A stretch of 64,000 nt of DNA from an uncultured Lachnospiraceae bacterium (GCA_948989975.1 CARHSH010000001.1:82906-146905), one strand, 5' to 3'; positions 26,873 to 37,333 are shown, counted from the first letter of the stretch. Numbers and translations are program-made. The notes: generated by a model not told the origin, from the letters alone.

Positions 26873-27858
26873 GCGTCACTATTATCGCCGAAGCAGGCGT
26901 AAACCATAATGGCAGTTTCACGCTTGCGAAGAAAATGGCAAAAGCCGCAAAAGATTCCGGAGCGGATTATGTCAAGTTCCAAACATTTAAACCGGAAAAT
27001 TTAGTTTCAAAATATGCCGCAAAAGCTGATTACCAAAAAGCATCTGGCAGTCAGGACGAAAACCAGTTGCAAATGTTAAAAAAGCTTGCCTTAACGGAAC
27101 AGGATTTTTTGGCATTAAAGCGGTACTGTGAAAGCATCGGGATCGGATTTTTGTCTACACCGTTTGATTTGGACAGCATAGAATTTCTAGATACCATAGG
27201 CATGGATTTCTGGAAATTGCCGTCTGGGGAAATTACAAATTATCTTTATTTAGAAAAAATTGCAAAGACGAAGAAAAAAATCGTTTTGTCCACGGGCATG
27301 TGTGAGATTTCAGAAATTCGGGACGCTATAACTGTTTTGAATAAAAACGGCGCAGCGGATCTTACGCTTTTGCATTGCAATACGGAATACCCGACGCCTT
27401 TTGCAGACGTAAATTTGCTCGCTATGCATCATTTAAAACGGGAATTTCAAATGCCTGTCGGATATTCTGACCATACGATTGGCATTGAAGTCCCCATTGC
27501 CGCCGCCGCGCTTGGCGCAGTTGTAATAGAAAAGCATTTTACGCTTGACAGAAATATGGAAGGCCCGGATCAGAAAGCCAGCTTAGAGACCAAAGGGCTT
27601 CGTCAAATGATACGCGCAATCCGCAATATAGAACGCAGCATGGGCGATGGTTATAAACGCCGCTCGCCTTCCGAAGAAAAAAACCTTGCCGCCGCCAGAA
27701 AAAGTCTTGTCGCAAAACGCGCGATCCGCAAAGGAGAGCTTTTTACAGCGGAGAACCTGACTGCAAAACGTCCGGGAAATGGGATAAGCCCGATGAAATG
27801 GAACGAAGTTTTAGGCATGGCGGCCGAAAAAGATTATGAGGTGGACGAACTGATATGA
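26869..27858 (+). CDS. legI: N-acylneuraminate/legionaminate synthase (NeuB family)
   Basis: IIAEAGVNHNGS, YVKFQTF, GYSDHT, IEKHFTLDR. Sits within the leg-type gene run. Confidence 0.75.
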   Translation: MSVTIIAEAGVNHNGSFTLAKKMAKAAKDSGADYVKFQTFKPENLVSKYAAKADYQKASGSQDENQLQMLKKLALTEQDFLALKRYCESIGIGFLSTPFDLDSIEFLDTIGMDFWKLPSGEITNYLYLEKIAKTKKKIVLSTGMCEISEIRDAITVLNKNGAADLTLLHCNTEYPTPFADVNLLAMHHLKREFQMPVGYSDHTIGIEVPIAAAALGAVVIEKHFTLDRNMEGPDQKASLETKGLRQMIRAIRNIERSMGDGYKRRSPSEEKNLAAARKSLVAKRAIRKGELFTAENLTAKRPGNGISPMKWNEVLGMAAEKDYEVDELI

Positions 27859-29006
27859 AAAAAATTGCAGTGGTTACAGCGACGCGGGCAGAATATGGGA
27901 TCTTGCGGCCTTTACTGGAACGTTTGGAAAAAGAGCCGGAATTTCAGCTTTTACTTTATGTAACGGGAACCCATCTGGTTTCCCAATACGGAAATACACA
28001 GACAGAAATAGAAGCTGACGGCATAGCGGTTCACAGAAAAATCCCAATCTTAGAAAGCGGGAACACGCCATATGCGGTGTCCCTGACAATGGCAAACGCA
28101 ATCCGTGGATTTGCGGATGCGTTTGCGCAGGATAAACCCGATTTTTTAGTGGTCTTAGGAGATCGTACAGAATTGCTTGGGATATGCAGCGCGGCTATGA
28201 ACGAACGAATCCCAATCGCCCATCTGCATGGCGGGGAATTGACCGAAGGGGCTGTAGACGATTGCGTCCGCCATGCCGTCACGAAAATGAGTTACCTGCA
28301 TTTTGCGGCGGCGGAGCCTTACCGGCAGCGGATTATCCAGATGGGGGAAGCGCCGGAACGCGTATTTAACGTTGGCGCGCTTGGCGTGGAAAATACATTA
28401 AACGTTCCGCTTTTCAGCCGTGAAGAACTTTGTGAAGAAATCGGGATTCCTGCTAATCTCAGGTATGCAGTCGTTACCTTTCACCCAGTTACATTAGAAG
28501 CGGAATGCGCCGTTGAACAGACGAAAGCATTGTTAGATGCGATTCAGGAAGAAAACCAATTTTTCTATCTGATTACAAAAGCGAACGCAGACGTCGGCGG
28601 TGAAATAGTCAATACATTGTGTGAACAGTTCGCAAAACAAAACAGCCATGTGAAACTGACTGCTTCGCTTGGCATGAAGCGTTATTTAAGCGCAGTCAAA
28701 TACAGCGCATTCGTACTGGGCAATTCATCAAGTGGAATTATTGAAGCTCCCGCGCTTGGCGCGCCTGCCGTCAACATTGGGAACCGCCAGAAAGGAAGGC
28801 TTATGGCGGATACTGTAATTTCCTGTGGAAATACAAAAGATGAAATAGCGGCCGCTATGAAAAAAGCCATTCGGACGGAACGGAAAAAATCCATTCTCTA
28901 TGGAAGCGGGGGAACTTCTGAGAAAATAATAAAAACGCTTAAAGAAGTGTTACAGGGCGGGAACATAAATCTGGAAAAACAGTTTTACGATTGGAGAATG
29001 AAATGA
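27855..29006 (+). CDS. legG: Hydrolysing NDP-GlcNAc 2-epimerase (NeuC/LegG family)
   Basis: KIAVVTATRAEYGILRPLL, VLGDRTE, HLHGGE. Confidence 0.75.
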   Translation: MKKIAVVTATRAEYGILRPLLERLEKEPEFQLLLYVTGTHLVSQYGNTQTEIEADGIAVHRKIPILESGNTPYAVSLTMANAIRGFADAFAQDKPDFLVVLGDRTELLGICSAAMNERIPIAHLHGGELTEGAVDDCVRHAVTKMSYLHFAAAEPYRQRIIQMGEAPERVFNVGALGVENTLNVPLFSREELCEEIGIPANLRYAVVTFHPVTLEAECAVEQTKALLDAIQEENQFFYLITKANADVGGEIVNTLCEQFAKQNSHVKLTASLGMKRYLSAVKYSAFVLGNSSSGIIEAPALGAPAVNIGNRQKGRLMADTVISCGNTKDEIAAAMKKAIRTERKKSILYGSGGTSEKIIKTLKEVLQGGNINLEKQFYDWRMK

Positions 29007-29689
29007 AGCAAATCGCAGTCATTCCGGCAAGAAGCGGCTCGAAGGGATTGAAAGATAAAAACATTAAAGTCTTAAACGGAAAACCAATGATGGCGTATAC
29101 CATAGAGGCGGCATTAAACTCCAAATTATTTGACTGCGTCCACGTTTCTACAGACAGCGCGCAGTACGCTTCCATAGCAAAACAGTATGGCGCAGACGTT
29201 CCTTTTTTACGGGATAAGGAGCTGGCAGATTCAAAAGCCAGCACATGGGACGCCCTTCGGGATGTCATTCAAAAGTATAAAGAAGCAGGGCGGGAATTTG
29301 ACGCTGTGACGCTGTTACAGCCTACGTCTCCGTTAAGGAGCGCTGCAGACATTAGGGAAGCGCACTGCATTTTTCAGGAGAAAAACGCTGATTCCGTCGT
29401 AAGCGTCTGTCAAATGGAGCACCCAATACAGATTTGCAATACACTTGGAGAAAACGGCTCTCTCTATCAGTTTCTTGACAGCAACCGAATCGGAGCAAGG
29501 CAGGATCAGGCTGTTTACTACCGTATCAATGGCGCAATTTATATTTTGAAATTATGGATGCTTTTGGAAAAAGAAAATATTTATAATAAAAACTCATACG
29601 CATATATTATGAGTAAAGCGCATTCGGTCGATATTGATGATTATTTAGATTTTAAATTGGCGGAAATTCTGGCAAAGGAAAATTTCTAA
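29003..29689 (+). CDS. legF: CMP-N-acylneuraminate/legionaminate cytidylyltransferase
   Basis: QIAVIPARSGSKGLKDKNI, LLQPTSPLR. ATGA overlap with the upstream gene. Confidence 0.75.
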   Translation: MKQIAVIPARSGSKGLKDKNIKVLNGKPMMAYTIEAALNSKLFDCVHVSTDSAQYASIAKQYGADVPFLRDKELADSKASTWDALRDVIQKYKEAGREFDAVTLLQPTSPLRSAADIREAHCIFQEKNADSVVSVCQMEHPIQICNTLGENGSLYQFLDSNRIGARQDQAVYYRINGAIYILKLWMLLEKENIYNKNSYAYIMSKAHSVDIDDYLDFKLAEILAKENF

Positions 29690-29766
29690 GAGAATCGAGC
29701 GCGTATGCCGATATAAAAGGCAGAGACCTATCAGGGAGGATATGGAACAAACATGGAGGTTGCCCT

Positions 29767-30840
29767 ATGAATGCAGAAAAATTGATGTCATTTTTAATCT
29801 CCCCCGATCATACTGTGGTAGAAGCTATGCAGAAAATCGACAGTAACGCGAGGGGAATTTTATTTGCGGCAGATGAGAGCCGGAAATTATTAGGCGTTGT
29901 GACGGATGGAGATATCCGCAGATGGCTGATTAAAACGGGAGAATTAAAAGGTTCTATAGAAAGCGTGATGAACCGCAGCCCGAAAACCATACGTCCGGAT
30001 AAAGTTTCCGCTTCCAGAGAATACATGGAAAAATTAGTGATTACGGCGCTGCCTGTCGTAAACGAAAGCGGGATTATCTGCGATGTTATATTTCGGGAGC
30101 CAAAGGAAGGCGGATGCATCAAACGGAAAGGCCATTTGGATAGCGTTTCCGTTGTAATTATGGCGGGAGGAAAAGGGACAAGGCTGTATCCTTTTACAAA
30201 AATACTTCCGAAACCGCTTATTCCGATCGGGGATATTCCAATAATGGAACGTATTATAAATAAATTCCGCGAGTTTGACGTCAAAGATTTCTATGTTACG
30301 GTGAATTACAGGAAAAATATGATTAAATCATATTTTTCGGAAATCAGCTCGGACTATTCGATCTCTTATGTAGAAGAAGACAAGCCGCTTGGAACGGCGG
30401 GAAGCCTTGGGCTGATTCCGGCAAATTTTGAAAAACCGTTTCTGATTACAAATTGCGATATTTTAATCCATGCGGATTATAGCGATATATACCGCCATCA
30501 CATAGAATCTGGAAATGAACTTACAATAGTAACTGCTTTAAAAAATATTGTAGTTCCATATGGCGTGATACATTCAGGAGAAAATGGAGGAATCGAGCGG
30601 CTTGAAGAAAAGCCGAAGCTTTCTTATTTTGTTAATACCGGAATGTATATTTTAAATCCGGATATACAACATGAAATTCCGCAAGAAACATTTTTCCATA
30701 TGACTGATTTGGCGGATAAATTGTTAAAAGAAAACCGGAAAGTGGGTATGTACCCTATCAGCGAAGATTCCTTTTTGGATATGGGGGAATTTGAGGAAAT
30801 GCGCCGTATGGAAGAAAAATTAAATATGAAGACGGAATAA
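29767..30840 (+). CDS. CBS-domain plus sugar-phosphate nucleotidyltransferase (PtmE-like GlcNAc-1-P guanylyltransferase)
   Basis: N-terminal tandem CBS region, then VIMAGGKGTRLYPFTKILPKPLIPIG. Confidence 0.65.
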   Translation: MNAEKLMSFLISPDHTVVEAMQKIDSNARGILFAADESRKLLGVVTDGDIRRWLIKTGELKGSIESVMNRSPKTIRPDKVSASREYMEKLVITALPVVNESGIICDVIFREPKEGGCIKRKGHLDSVSVVIMAGGKGTRLYPFTKILPKPLIPIGDIPIMERIINKFREFDVKDFYVTVNYRKNMIKSYFSEISSDYSISYVEEDKPLGTAGSLGLIPANFEKPFLITNCDILIHADYSDIYRHHIESGNELTIVTALKNIVVPYGVIHSGENGGIERLEEKPKLSYFVNTGMYILNPDIQHEIPQETFFHMTDLADKLLKENRKVGMYPISEDSFLDMGEFEEMRRMEEKLNMKTE

Positions 30841-30866
30841 GCAGGAGGAAAAAGGAGGCATTTAAT

Positions 30867-31847
30867 ATGAAGAAAGCGCTTGTAACAGGTGCGGACGGGT
30901 TTATCGGGAGCCATTTGACGGAAAGCCTTTTAGAAAAAGGCTATCAGGTAAAAGCATTTGTTTATTATAATTCATTTAATAACTGGGGGTGGCTGGATAC
31001 GCTGCCCAAAGAGAAGTTAAGCCAGATTGAAATTTTTTCAGGCGACGTCAGAGATCCGAATGGCGTGCGGGAAGCGATGAAAGGCGTAGATTTGGTATTT
31101 CATTTAGCAGCGCTTATCGCAATCCCATTTAGCTACCATTCTCCGGATTCTTATGTGGATACGAATATTAAGGGGACACTAAACGTTTTGCAGGCGGCAA
31201 GGGAGCTAAACACGGAGCGTCTGCTTGTCACGTCCACTTCAGAAGTGTATGGAACTGCGCAGTATGTTCCTATTGACGAAAAGCATCCGTATCAGGGGCA
31301 GTCGCCATATTCCGCGACCAAAATTGGGGCAGACCGTCTGGCAGAGAGTTTTTACCGCAGTTTTAAGCTTCCGGTGACGATTGTGCGCCCATTTAACACA
31401 TACGGGCCAAGACAGTCTGCAAGAGCGGTGATCCCAACGATTATTACCCAGCTTTTGGCGGGGAAAGATGAGATCAAACTGGGTTCTTTGGCCCCGACAA
31501 GAGATTTCAACTATGTCAAAGACACTGCGGCAGGCTTTCTTGCAATCGCTAAATCCCAAAAAACGATCGGCGAAGAAATCAATATAGCGACGCAACAGGA
31601 GATTTCCATTGGAGATTTGGCAAACGAAATTATTTCTCAAATCCGTCCGTCCGCTAAAATCATTTGCGATGAAGCAAGGCTGCGGCCTGAAAAAAGCGAA
31701 GTCAACCGTTTGCTTGGCTCAAATGAAAAAATTATGCGGCTCACGGACTGGAAACAGCAATACACGTTTGCCCAAGGGATTTCCGAAACCATTGAATGGC
31801 TCCGCCATCATATGGATGCTTATAAAACAGATATTTATAATGTATAG
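30867..31847 (+). CDS. legB: NAD-dependent GDP-GlcNAc 4,6-dehydratase (LegB-like)
   Basis: ALVTGADGFIGSHL, YSATK, extended SDR. Placed before a DegT aminotransferase, as in leg loci. Confidence 0.65.
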   Translation: MKKALVTGADGFIGSHLTESLLEKGYQVKAFVYYNSFNNWGWLDTLPKEKLSQIEIFSGDVRDPNGVREAMKGVDLVFHLAALIAIPFSYHSPDSYVDTNIKGTLNVLQAARELNTERLLVTSTSEVYGTAQYVPIDEKHPYQGQSPYSATKIGADRLAESFYRSFKLPVTIVRPFNTYGPRQSARAVIPTIITQLLAGKDEIKLGSLAPTRDFNYVKDTAAGFLAIAKSQKTIGEEINIATQQEISIGDLANEIISQIRPSAKIICDEARLRPEKSEVNRLLGSNEKIMRLTDWKQQYTFAQGISETIEWLRHHMDAYKTDIYNV

Positions 31848-31859
31848 GGGAGAAATGTT

Positions 31860-33047
31860 ATGAGCCGTTATATACCATTGTCTATTCCGAATTTTGAAGG
31901 AAATGAAAAAAAATATGTTCTCGATGCAGTTGAACAAGGCTGGGTTTCTACGGGAGGGGCGTATATTACAAAACTTGAACGGATGCTGGCGGATTATCTG
32001 CATACGGAGGAGGCTGCCGCCTGTCAAAGCGGCACAAGCGGGATACATCTTGCGTTAATAGAATGTGGGGTTTTGCCGGGCGACATGGTTTTAGTTCCGA
32101 CTCTAACATTTATTGCGGCTGTGAATCCGGTGCGTTACCAGTTTGCAGAGCCTGTGTTTTTGGACTGTGATAAGAGTCTGTGCGTCGACCCTGTCAAACT
32201 GCGTCAATTTTGCGAACAAGAGTGTACGTTAAAAGAAAACCGCCTTGTCCATAATCTGACCCAAAAAACCGTAAAAGCGCTGATCGTTGTGCATGTTTTT
32301 GGAAATTTTGCCGATATGGAAGCGATTATGGAAATAGCGGAAACGTACCATATTAAAGTGATTGAAGATGCGACGGAAAGTTTGGGAAGCCGGTACGAAA
32401 AGGGGCGTTTTGCCGGAAAGTATGCTGGCGCGATAGGGGATTTCGGTGTATTCTCCTTCAATGGAAATAAAATTATTACAACGGGCGGGGGCGGCGCAGT
32501 CACTGCAAAAAATGCGGAAACAGTCCGCCATATCCGCTATCTGTCCACACAGGCAAAAGATGATCCGCATTTTTATATACATGATGAAGTCGGTTATAAC
32601 TACCGCATGACGAACTTACAAGCGGCGCTTGGAGTGGCGCAAATGGAAAAATTAGAAGAATTTATTGAGCGGAAGCATAAAAATTATGAGCTGTACCGTG
32701 AATTGTTTTCTGATTTTGCATATGGGAAACTGCTTGGGTTCCGTGAAGACACGTATTCCAATCAGTGGTTTTATGCGTTAGAGTTAAATGGAAAACTAAA
32801 GTTTCCGCTTCGGAATCTGATTGAACGGCTGGAGACTTTCGGCGTGCAGACAAGAGCAGTCTGGGGGCTGATTCACAGGCAAAAGCCGTATCAGAATTGC
32901 CTTGCCTATGAAATGGAACGGGCGCCTTATTATAGCGGCTGTATTTTAAATCTGCCTTGCAGTACGCAAATTACAGAAGAAGAAATCCGTTATGCGGCGC
33001 AGACCATACAAAGAGAAATAGAATCATGGAGGATAACAGATGATTGA
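31860..33047 (+). CDS. legC: DegT/DnrJ/EryC1/StrS aminotransferase (LegC-like)
   Basis: 395 aa. GWVSTGGAYITKLERMLADYL, VIEDATESLGSRY. Confidence 0.7.
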   Translation: MSRYIPLSIPNFEGNEKKYVLDAVEQGWVSTGGAYITKLERMLADYLHTEEAAACQSGTSGIHLALIECGVLPGDMVLVPTLTFIAAVNPVRYQFAEPVFLDCDKSLCVDPVKLRQFCEQECTLKENRLVHNLTQKTVKALIVVHVFGNFADMEAIMEIAETYHIKVIEDATESLGSRYEKGRFAGKYAGAIGDFGVFSFNGNKIITTGGGGAVTAKNAETVRHIRYLSTQAKDDPHFYIHDEVGYNYRMTNLQAALGVAQMEKLEEFIERKHKNYELYRELFSDFAYGKLLGFREDTYSNQWFYALELNGKLKFPLRNLIERLETFGVQTRAVWGLIHRQKPYQNCLAYEMERAPYYSGCILNLPCSTQITEEEIRYAAQTIQREIESWRITDD

Positions 33048-33402
33048 AAATAGAGATGAGCAAAAAGAGGCATTGGAAGTTTTGCTTGGGTTTAATGAAC
33101 GTTTGGTGAAAAACATGAAATTAGTTGCAAAGGAGTTAAAAGACGGAAGGTTAGACGATACCGAAGCGTTTTTAAATGACATTACGCAAGCGATGAATTG
33201 GGAGATTCAAGTTGTCAATGGGACGTTGGATTTGCTGAATGAAGGAAAAGAGCGTCTGGATAAAGTAAGATTTAATGAGAAGATCCAAGCGTTAAGCGGC
33301 GCAATCGCATCCAAAGACGACAAACAAATGGCGGAAACGTTTCTGGAGGCTGTTTCTGTGTTTGAGGAGCTTGGCGCTGCGGCGAAAGAGGTTGTTTCCT
33401 AA
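33040..33402 (+). CDS. Hypothetical 120-aa protein (acidic, helical) overlapping the legC stop
   Basis: RBS GGAGGATAACAGATG. No recognisable motif. Confidence 0.35.
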   Translation: MIENRDEQKEALEVLLGFNERLVKNMKLVAKELKDGRLDDTEAFLNDITQAMNWEIQVVNGTLDLLNEGKERLDKVRFNEKIQALSGAIASKDDKQMAETFLEAVSVFEELGAAAKEVVS

Positions 33403-33433
33403 GTAAATAATGATAGAATCGGATAAGTATTAG

Positions 33434-33487
33434 AAATAGCGTATTTTATTTATATTTTGATAAATAAAATACGCTATTTTTTTCTCG
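33434..33487 (+). terminator. Rho-independent terminator ending the glycan island
   Basis: AAATAGCGTATTTTATttatattttgATAAAATACGCTATTT followed by TTTTTT. Confidence 0.7.
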
Positions 33488-33656
33488 TGATTTAGAAAAG
33501 TTTAAAAATGTTTTCTGAAATTTATAGAATACAACTTACAGTTTTCTTAATTCTTTAAAAAAAACGAAATATTTTACCATATATGGAAGTATATATTAAG
33601 TTAAAAATAGTAAAATTATGCTAAAAAAATATATTGAATACGAAAGGATAATCAGT

Positions 33657-33899
33657 ATGAAAGAACAAAAGATAGTGGCTGAAAGAATTAAGTATCTGTG
33701 TGAACAGGAAGGGATTTCTTATTACGAATTGTCTTATAAAGCTGCAGTGCCGATTACAACATTGATGCATATTATTAATTGTTCCACAAAAAATCCCGGA
33801 ATATTTACAATTATCAAAGTGTGCAATGGATTAAATGTAACGATACAGGAGTTTTTCAATTCGAAAGAATTTATTGATATTGAGTATGAACCGGAATAA
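33657..33899 (+). CDS. XRE-family helix-turn-helix transcriptional regulator
   Basis: AERIKYLCEQEGISYYELSYKAAVPITTLMHI: a Cro/C1-type HTH. ~80 aa. Confidence 0.55.
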   Translation: MKEQKIVAERIKYLCEQEGISYYELSYKAAVPITTLMHIINCSTKNPGIFTIIKVCNGLNVTIQEFFNSKEFIDIEYEPE

Positions 33900-33989
33900 T
33901 GTGTTCGGGAAAGGGAAGTTTTTAAGTCGTTTTTATTGTATTTGACAGATGTTTTGGCATATGCTATTCTTGTCATAGAAAAACTGCAT

Positions 33990-34280
33990 AAGAATCTTCA
34001 GGGCAGGGTGACTTTGCAAAGCAGGGGATTCCCTACCGGTGGTAAAGCCCACGAGCCGCAAGGCATGATTCGGTGACTCTTATCAAACGGCAAAAGCCGG
34101 ATAAGCGGGATTCCGAAGCCGACAGTATAGTCTGGATGAAAGAAGGTAAATGTCGTATCGTTTTTAGGCGCTTCCTGTATGCCATTTGGCTTTAAAAGAC
34201 GGCATATATAAGACGAGGGACATGGTTTGCATTGTGGGAGAACCGGCTCTGAAATAGATTGTTTCAGCGCCGGTTTTTTG
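33990..34280 (+). promoter_or_regulatory. FMN riboswitch (RFN element) with terminator-type expression platform, upstream of ribD
   Basis: Aptamer core tcttcaGGGCAGGGTGa...CCGGTGGTAAAGCCCACGAGCC...CCGAAGCCGACAGTATAGTCTGGATGAAAGAAGG. Terminator CCGGCTCTGAAAtagattgTTTCAGCGCCGG followed by TTTTTT. Confidence 0.85.
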
Positions 34281-34381
34281 ATGGCAGAGTTTTTGCGCAA
34301 GCCAGAGTTTTTGCGCAAGCCAGAGTTTTTTTGACAGGGCAGTGTTTTTTGGGGATTGAAAAAGGGAAGGGAAGTGACAAG

Positions 34382-35482
34382 ATGGAAGATAGGGACTATA
34401 TGCGGATTGCAATAAAAGAAGCAAAAAAGGGAGAAGGCTTTACGAATCCAAATCCGATGGTTGGGGCCGCGCTTGTGAAAGACGGGCGGGTAATTGGCAA
34501 GGATTTCCACCATAGATACGGTGGATTCCATGCTGAGCGGAATGTAATTTTAAATTGCAGGGAGCCTGTGGAGGGAGCAAAACTTTATGTGACATTAGAG
34601 CCATGCTGTCATTATGGAAAAACGCCGCCCTGTACGGATATTATCATTGAAAGTGGCATTCGGGAGGTGTATATTGGCTCAATGGACCCAAATCCGCTTG
34701 TCGCGGGAAAAGGCGTAAAGCAGTTAAAAAAGCATGGCATAAAAGTTGTGACGGGCGTTTGCGAAGCGGAGTGCCTAGAACTTAACCGCGTGTTTTTTCA
34801 TTATATAAAACATAAAACGCCCTATGTTATCATGAAATATGCGATGACGGCTGATGGGAAAATTGCGACGCGGACGGGAAAGTCAAAGTGGATTACTTCA
34901 GAAGCTGCCAGAGGACGCGTTCAGGAAAGCCGCCATAAATATATGGGGATTATGGCAGGGGTTGGCACTGTGCTTTTGGACAATCCGAGATTAACGTGCA
35001 GATTGGAAGGGAAAAGAAGTCCGGCGCGGATTATTTGCGATACGCATCTGCGGACGCCGCTTACGGCAGAAGTGGTACAGACGGCGCGTGAGATTCCGAC
35101 AATTCTTGCAACGGCAGAAACAGACAGTAAAAAGATGGAGCCTTATCAGGCAAAGGGGGTTCAGATGCTTGCCGTTCCCTTAGAAGGGGAAAGACTGGAT
35201 TTAAAAATCTTAATGCAAAAATTGGGCGAACAGGGGATCGACAGTATATTGTTGGAAGGCGGGGCAATACTGAATTATAGCGCATTAAAAAGCGGGATTG
35301 TCCATGCGGTTGAGATGTACATTGCGCCGAAACTGTTTGGCGGGACACAAGCGAAAACGCCCGTGGAAGGGCTTGGCGTAGAACTGCCGGATCAGGCGTT
35401 TCAACTGTGTGATCCAAAGATTTCCCAGATCGGGGAGGATATTTTAATTGAATGGAAGGTGGGTGTATGTTTACAGGAATAA
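34382..35482 (+). CDS. ribD: Bifunctional diaminohydroxyphosphoribosylaminopyrimidine deaminase / 5-amino-6-(5-phosphoribosylamino)uracil reductase
   Basis: MRIAIKEAKKGEGFTNPNPMVGAALV...HAERN deaminase motifs; C-terminal reductase domain. Confidence 0.85.
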   Translation: MEDRDYMRIAIKEAKKGEGFTNPNPMVGAALVKDGRVIGKDFHHRYGGFHAERNVILNCREPVEGAKLYVTLEPCCHYGKTPPCTDIIIESGIREVYIGSMDPNPLVAGKGVKQLKKHGIKVVTGVCEAECLELNRVFFHYIKHKTPYVIMKYAMTADGKIATRTGKSKWITSEAARGRVQESRHKYMGIMAGVGTVLLDNPRLTCRLEGKRSPARIICDTHLRTPLTAEVVQTAREIPTILATAETDSKKMEPYQAKGVQMLAVPLEGERLDLKILMQKLGEQGIDSILLEGGAILNYSALKSGIVHAVEMYIAPKLFGGTQAKTPVEGLGVELPDQAFQLCDPKISQIGEDILIEWKVGVCLQE

Positions 35483-36105
35483 TAGAAGAAATCGGCACAG
35501 TGCGGAGGATTGGATCGGGCAGAATCCATATTCGGGCAAAAACGGTTTTAGAAGGCGTGAAAATTGGGGACAGTATTGCCGTTAATGGGGTTTGCCTGAC
35601 GGTGACGGAATTGGGCGCGGATTTTTTTGCCGCAGACGTTATGCCGGAGACTTTTCAGAGAAGCTCTTTGGGAAAGCTTAAGACGGGAAGCGGCGTGAAT
35701 TTAGAGCGGGCGATGGCGGCGGACGGACGGTTTGGCGGGCATATTGTTTCCGGACATATTGATGGGACGGGGAAAATCCAGTCTATTACAAAAGACGGGA
35801 ATGCGGTCCGTTACCGGATTGACACATCGAAAGAGCTTTTGCGTGGGATTGTGGAAAAAGGGTCGGTGGCTGTAGACGGCATTAGCTTAACAGTTGCCGC
35901 AGTGGCATCGGATTGGTTTGAACTTTCGGTGATTCCCCATACGCTTCATGAGACGGTTTTGGAGAAGAAACGGATAGGGGAAATTGTGAATCTGGAAAAT
36001 GATATGATCGGAAAATATGTAGAGCGGCTGTTGTCTTTGAATCAGGAAGAAGAAAAAAAGCCGTCTGCGTTGACAAAAGAATTTTTGCTTCGGGCAGGAT
36101 TTTAG
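35467..36105 (+). CDS. ribE: Riboflavin synthase alpha subunit
   Basis: [10 protein letters not shown]...[11 protein letters not shown]; two lumazine-binding repeats. Confidence 0.85.
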   Translation: MFTGIIEEIGTVRRIGSGRIHIRAKTVLEGVKIGDSIAVNGVCLTVTELGADFFAADVMPETFQRSSLGKLKTGSGVNLERAMAADGRFGGHIVSGHIDGTGKIQSITKDGNAVRYRIDTSKELLRGIVEKGSVAVDGISLTVAAVASDWFELSVIPHTLHETVLEKKRIGEIVNLENDMIGKYVERLLSLNQEEEKKPSALTKEFLLRAGF

Positions 36106-36116
36106 GAGGGAAAAAC

Positions 36117-37322
36117 ATGCAGGCATTTAGTTCGGTGAAAGAAGCGTTAGAAGATTTAAGGCAGGGAAAAATTATTCTTGTCACAGATGATGAGGATAGG
36201 GAAAATGAAGGGGATTTTATTTGCGCGGCGGAATTTGCGACGACGGAAAATGTTAATTTTATGGCGGTGCATGGCAAAGGGCTGATTTGTATGCCGATGG
36301 GGAAGGCGCTTGTGGAAAAATTAATGCTTCCGCAAATGGTTTCGAATAACACGGATAACCATGAAACGGCGTTTACGGTTTCGATTGATGCGGTGGAAAC
36401 GACGACAGGGATTTCAGCGAAAGAGCGTGGGATTACCGCCAGAAAGTGCGTCGATGAAAACGCCGTTCCTGAGGATTTCAGAAGGCCGGGGCACATGTTT
36501 CCGCTTTTAGCGAAAAAGAACGGCGTGCTGGAGCGTAACGGGCATACGGAAGCGACAGTCGATTTGATGCGGCTTGCGGGATTAAAGGAATGCGGCTTGT
36601 GCTGTGAAATTATGCGGGAAGACGGAACGATGATGCGGACAGAGGAATTGATGGGTCTTGCGAAAGAATTTCAAATTAAGATGATTACGATTCAGGCAAT
36701 TCAGGAATACAGGAAAGTGCATGAAAAGCTGGTAGAGGAAGTTGCAATTACGAAAATGCCGACGCGTTATGGGGAGTTTTTGGCGCATGGGTATGTCAAC
36801 CGCTTAAATGGAGAGCATCATGTGGCATTGGTAAAAGGAGAGATTGGAGACGGAGAGCATTTGCTTTGCCGCGTCCATTCGGAGTGCTTGACGGGCGATG
36901 CGTTTGGCTCGATGAAGTGTGACTGTGGGCAGCAGCTTCAATCGGCGATGAAGCAAATTGAAAAAGAAGGCCGTGGGATTTTGCTTTATCTGCGGCAGGA
37001 GGGCCGCGGGATTGGGCTTATCAATAAACTTCGGGCGTATGAATTGCAGGATCGGGGAATGGATACGGTGGAAGCGAATTTGGCGCTGGGCTTTGAGGAG
37101 GATTTGCGGGAGTATTATATTGGGGCGCAGATTCTCAGGGATTTGGGCGTAAAAAGTTTGCGGCTTTTGACAAATAATCCGAAGAAGATTGACGGCCTTT
37201 CGGAGTTTGGGCTTAGCATTGAACAAAGAGTGCCGATTCAGATGGAGCTGACGCCGTTTGATGCGTATTATATGAGGACGAAGAAGAAGAAGATGGGGCA
37301 TATGTTGGAGGGGGAGTTTTAG
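36117..37322 (+). CDS. ribBA: Bifunctional 3,4-dihydroxy-2-butanone-4-phosphate synthase / GTP cyclohydrolase II
   Basis: [14 protein letters not shown], CxCGQ zinc motif in the C-terminal half. Confidence 0.85.
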   Translation: MQAFSSVKEALEDLRQGKIILVTDDEDRENEGDFICAAEFATTENVNFMAVHGKGLICMPMGKALVEKLMLPQMVSNNTDNHETAFTVSIDAVETTTGISAKERGITARKCVDENAVPEDFRRPGHMFPLLAKKNGVLERNGHTEATVDLMRLAGLKECGLCCEIMREDGTMMRTEELMGLAKEFQIKMITIQAIQEYRKVHEKLVEEVAITKMPTRYGEFLAHGYVNRLNGEHHVALVKGEIGDGEHLLCRVHSECLTGDAFGSMKCDCGQQLQSAMKQIEKEGRGILLYLRQEGRGIGLINKLRAYELQDRGMDTVEANLALGFEEDLREYYIGAQILRDLGVKSLRLLTNNPKKIDGLSEFGLSIEQRVPIQMELTPFDAYYMRTKKKKMGHMLEGEF

Positions 37323-37333
37323 CGGACGCTGCC

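Noticed and set aside
33998-34531. 177-aa minus-strand ORF
   Set aside because: It overlaps the FMN riboswitch and the ribD start on the opposite strand. The riboswitch assignment explains the conservation.
35882-36496. 204-aa minus-strand ORF across the ribE/ribBA junction
   Set aside because: Antisense to conserved riboflavin genes.
36804-37301. 165-aa minus-strand ORF rich in proline/leucine/basic residues
   Set aside because: It lies antisense within the well-supported ribBA gene. The low-complexity composition is typical of a reverse-complement artefact.
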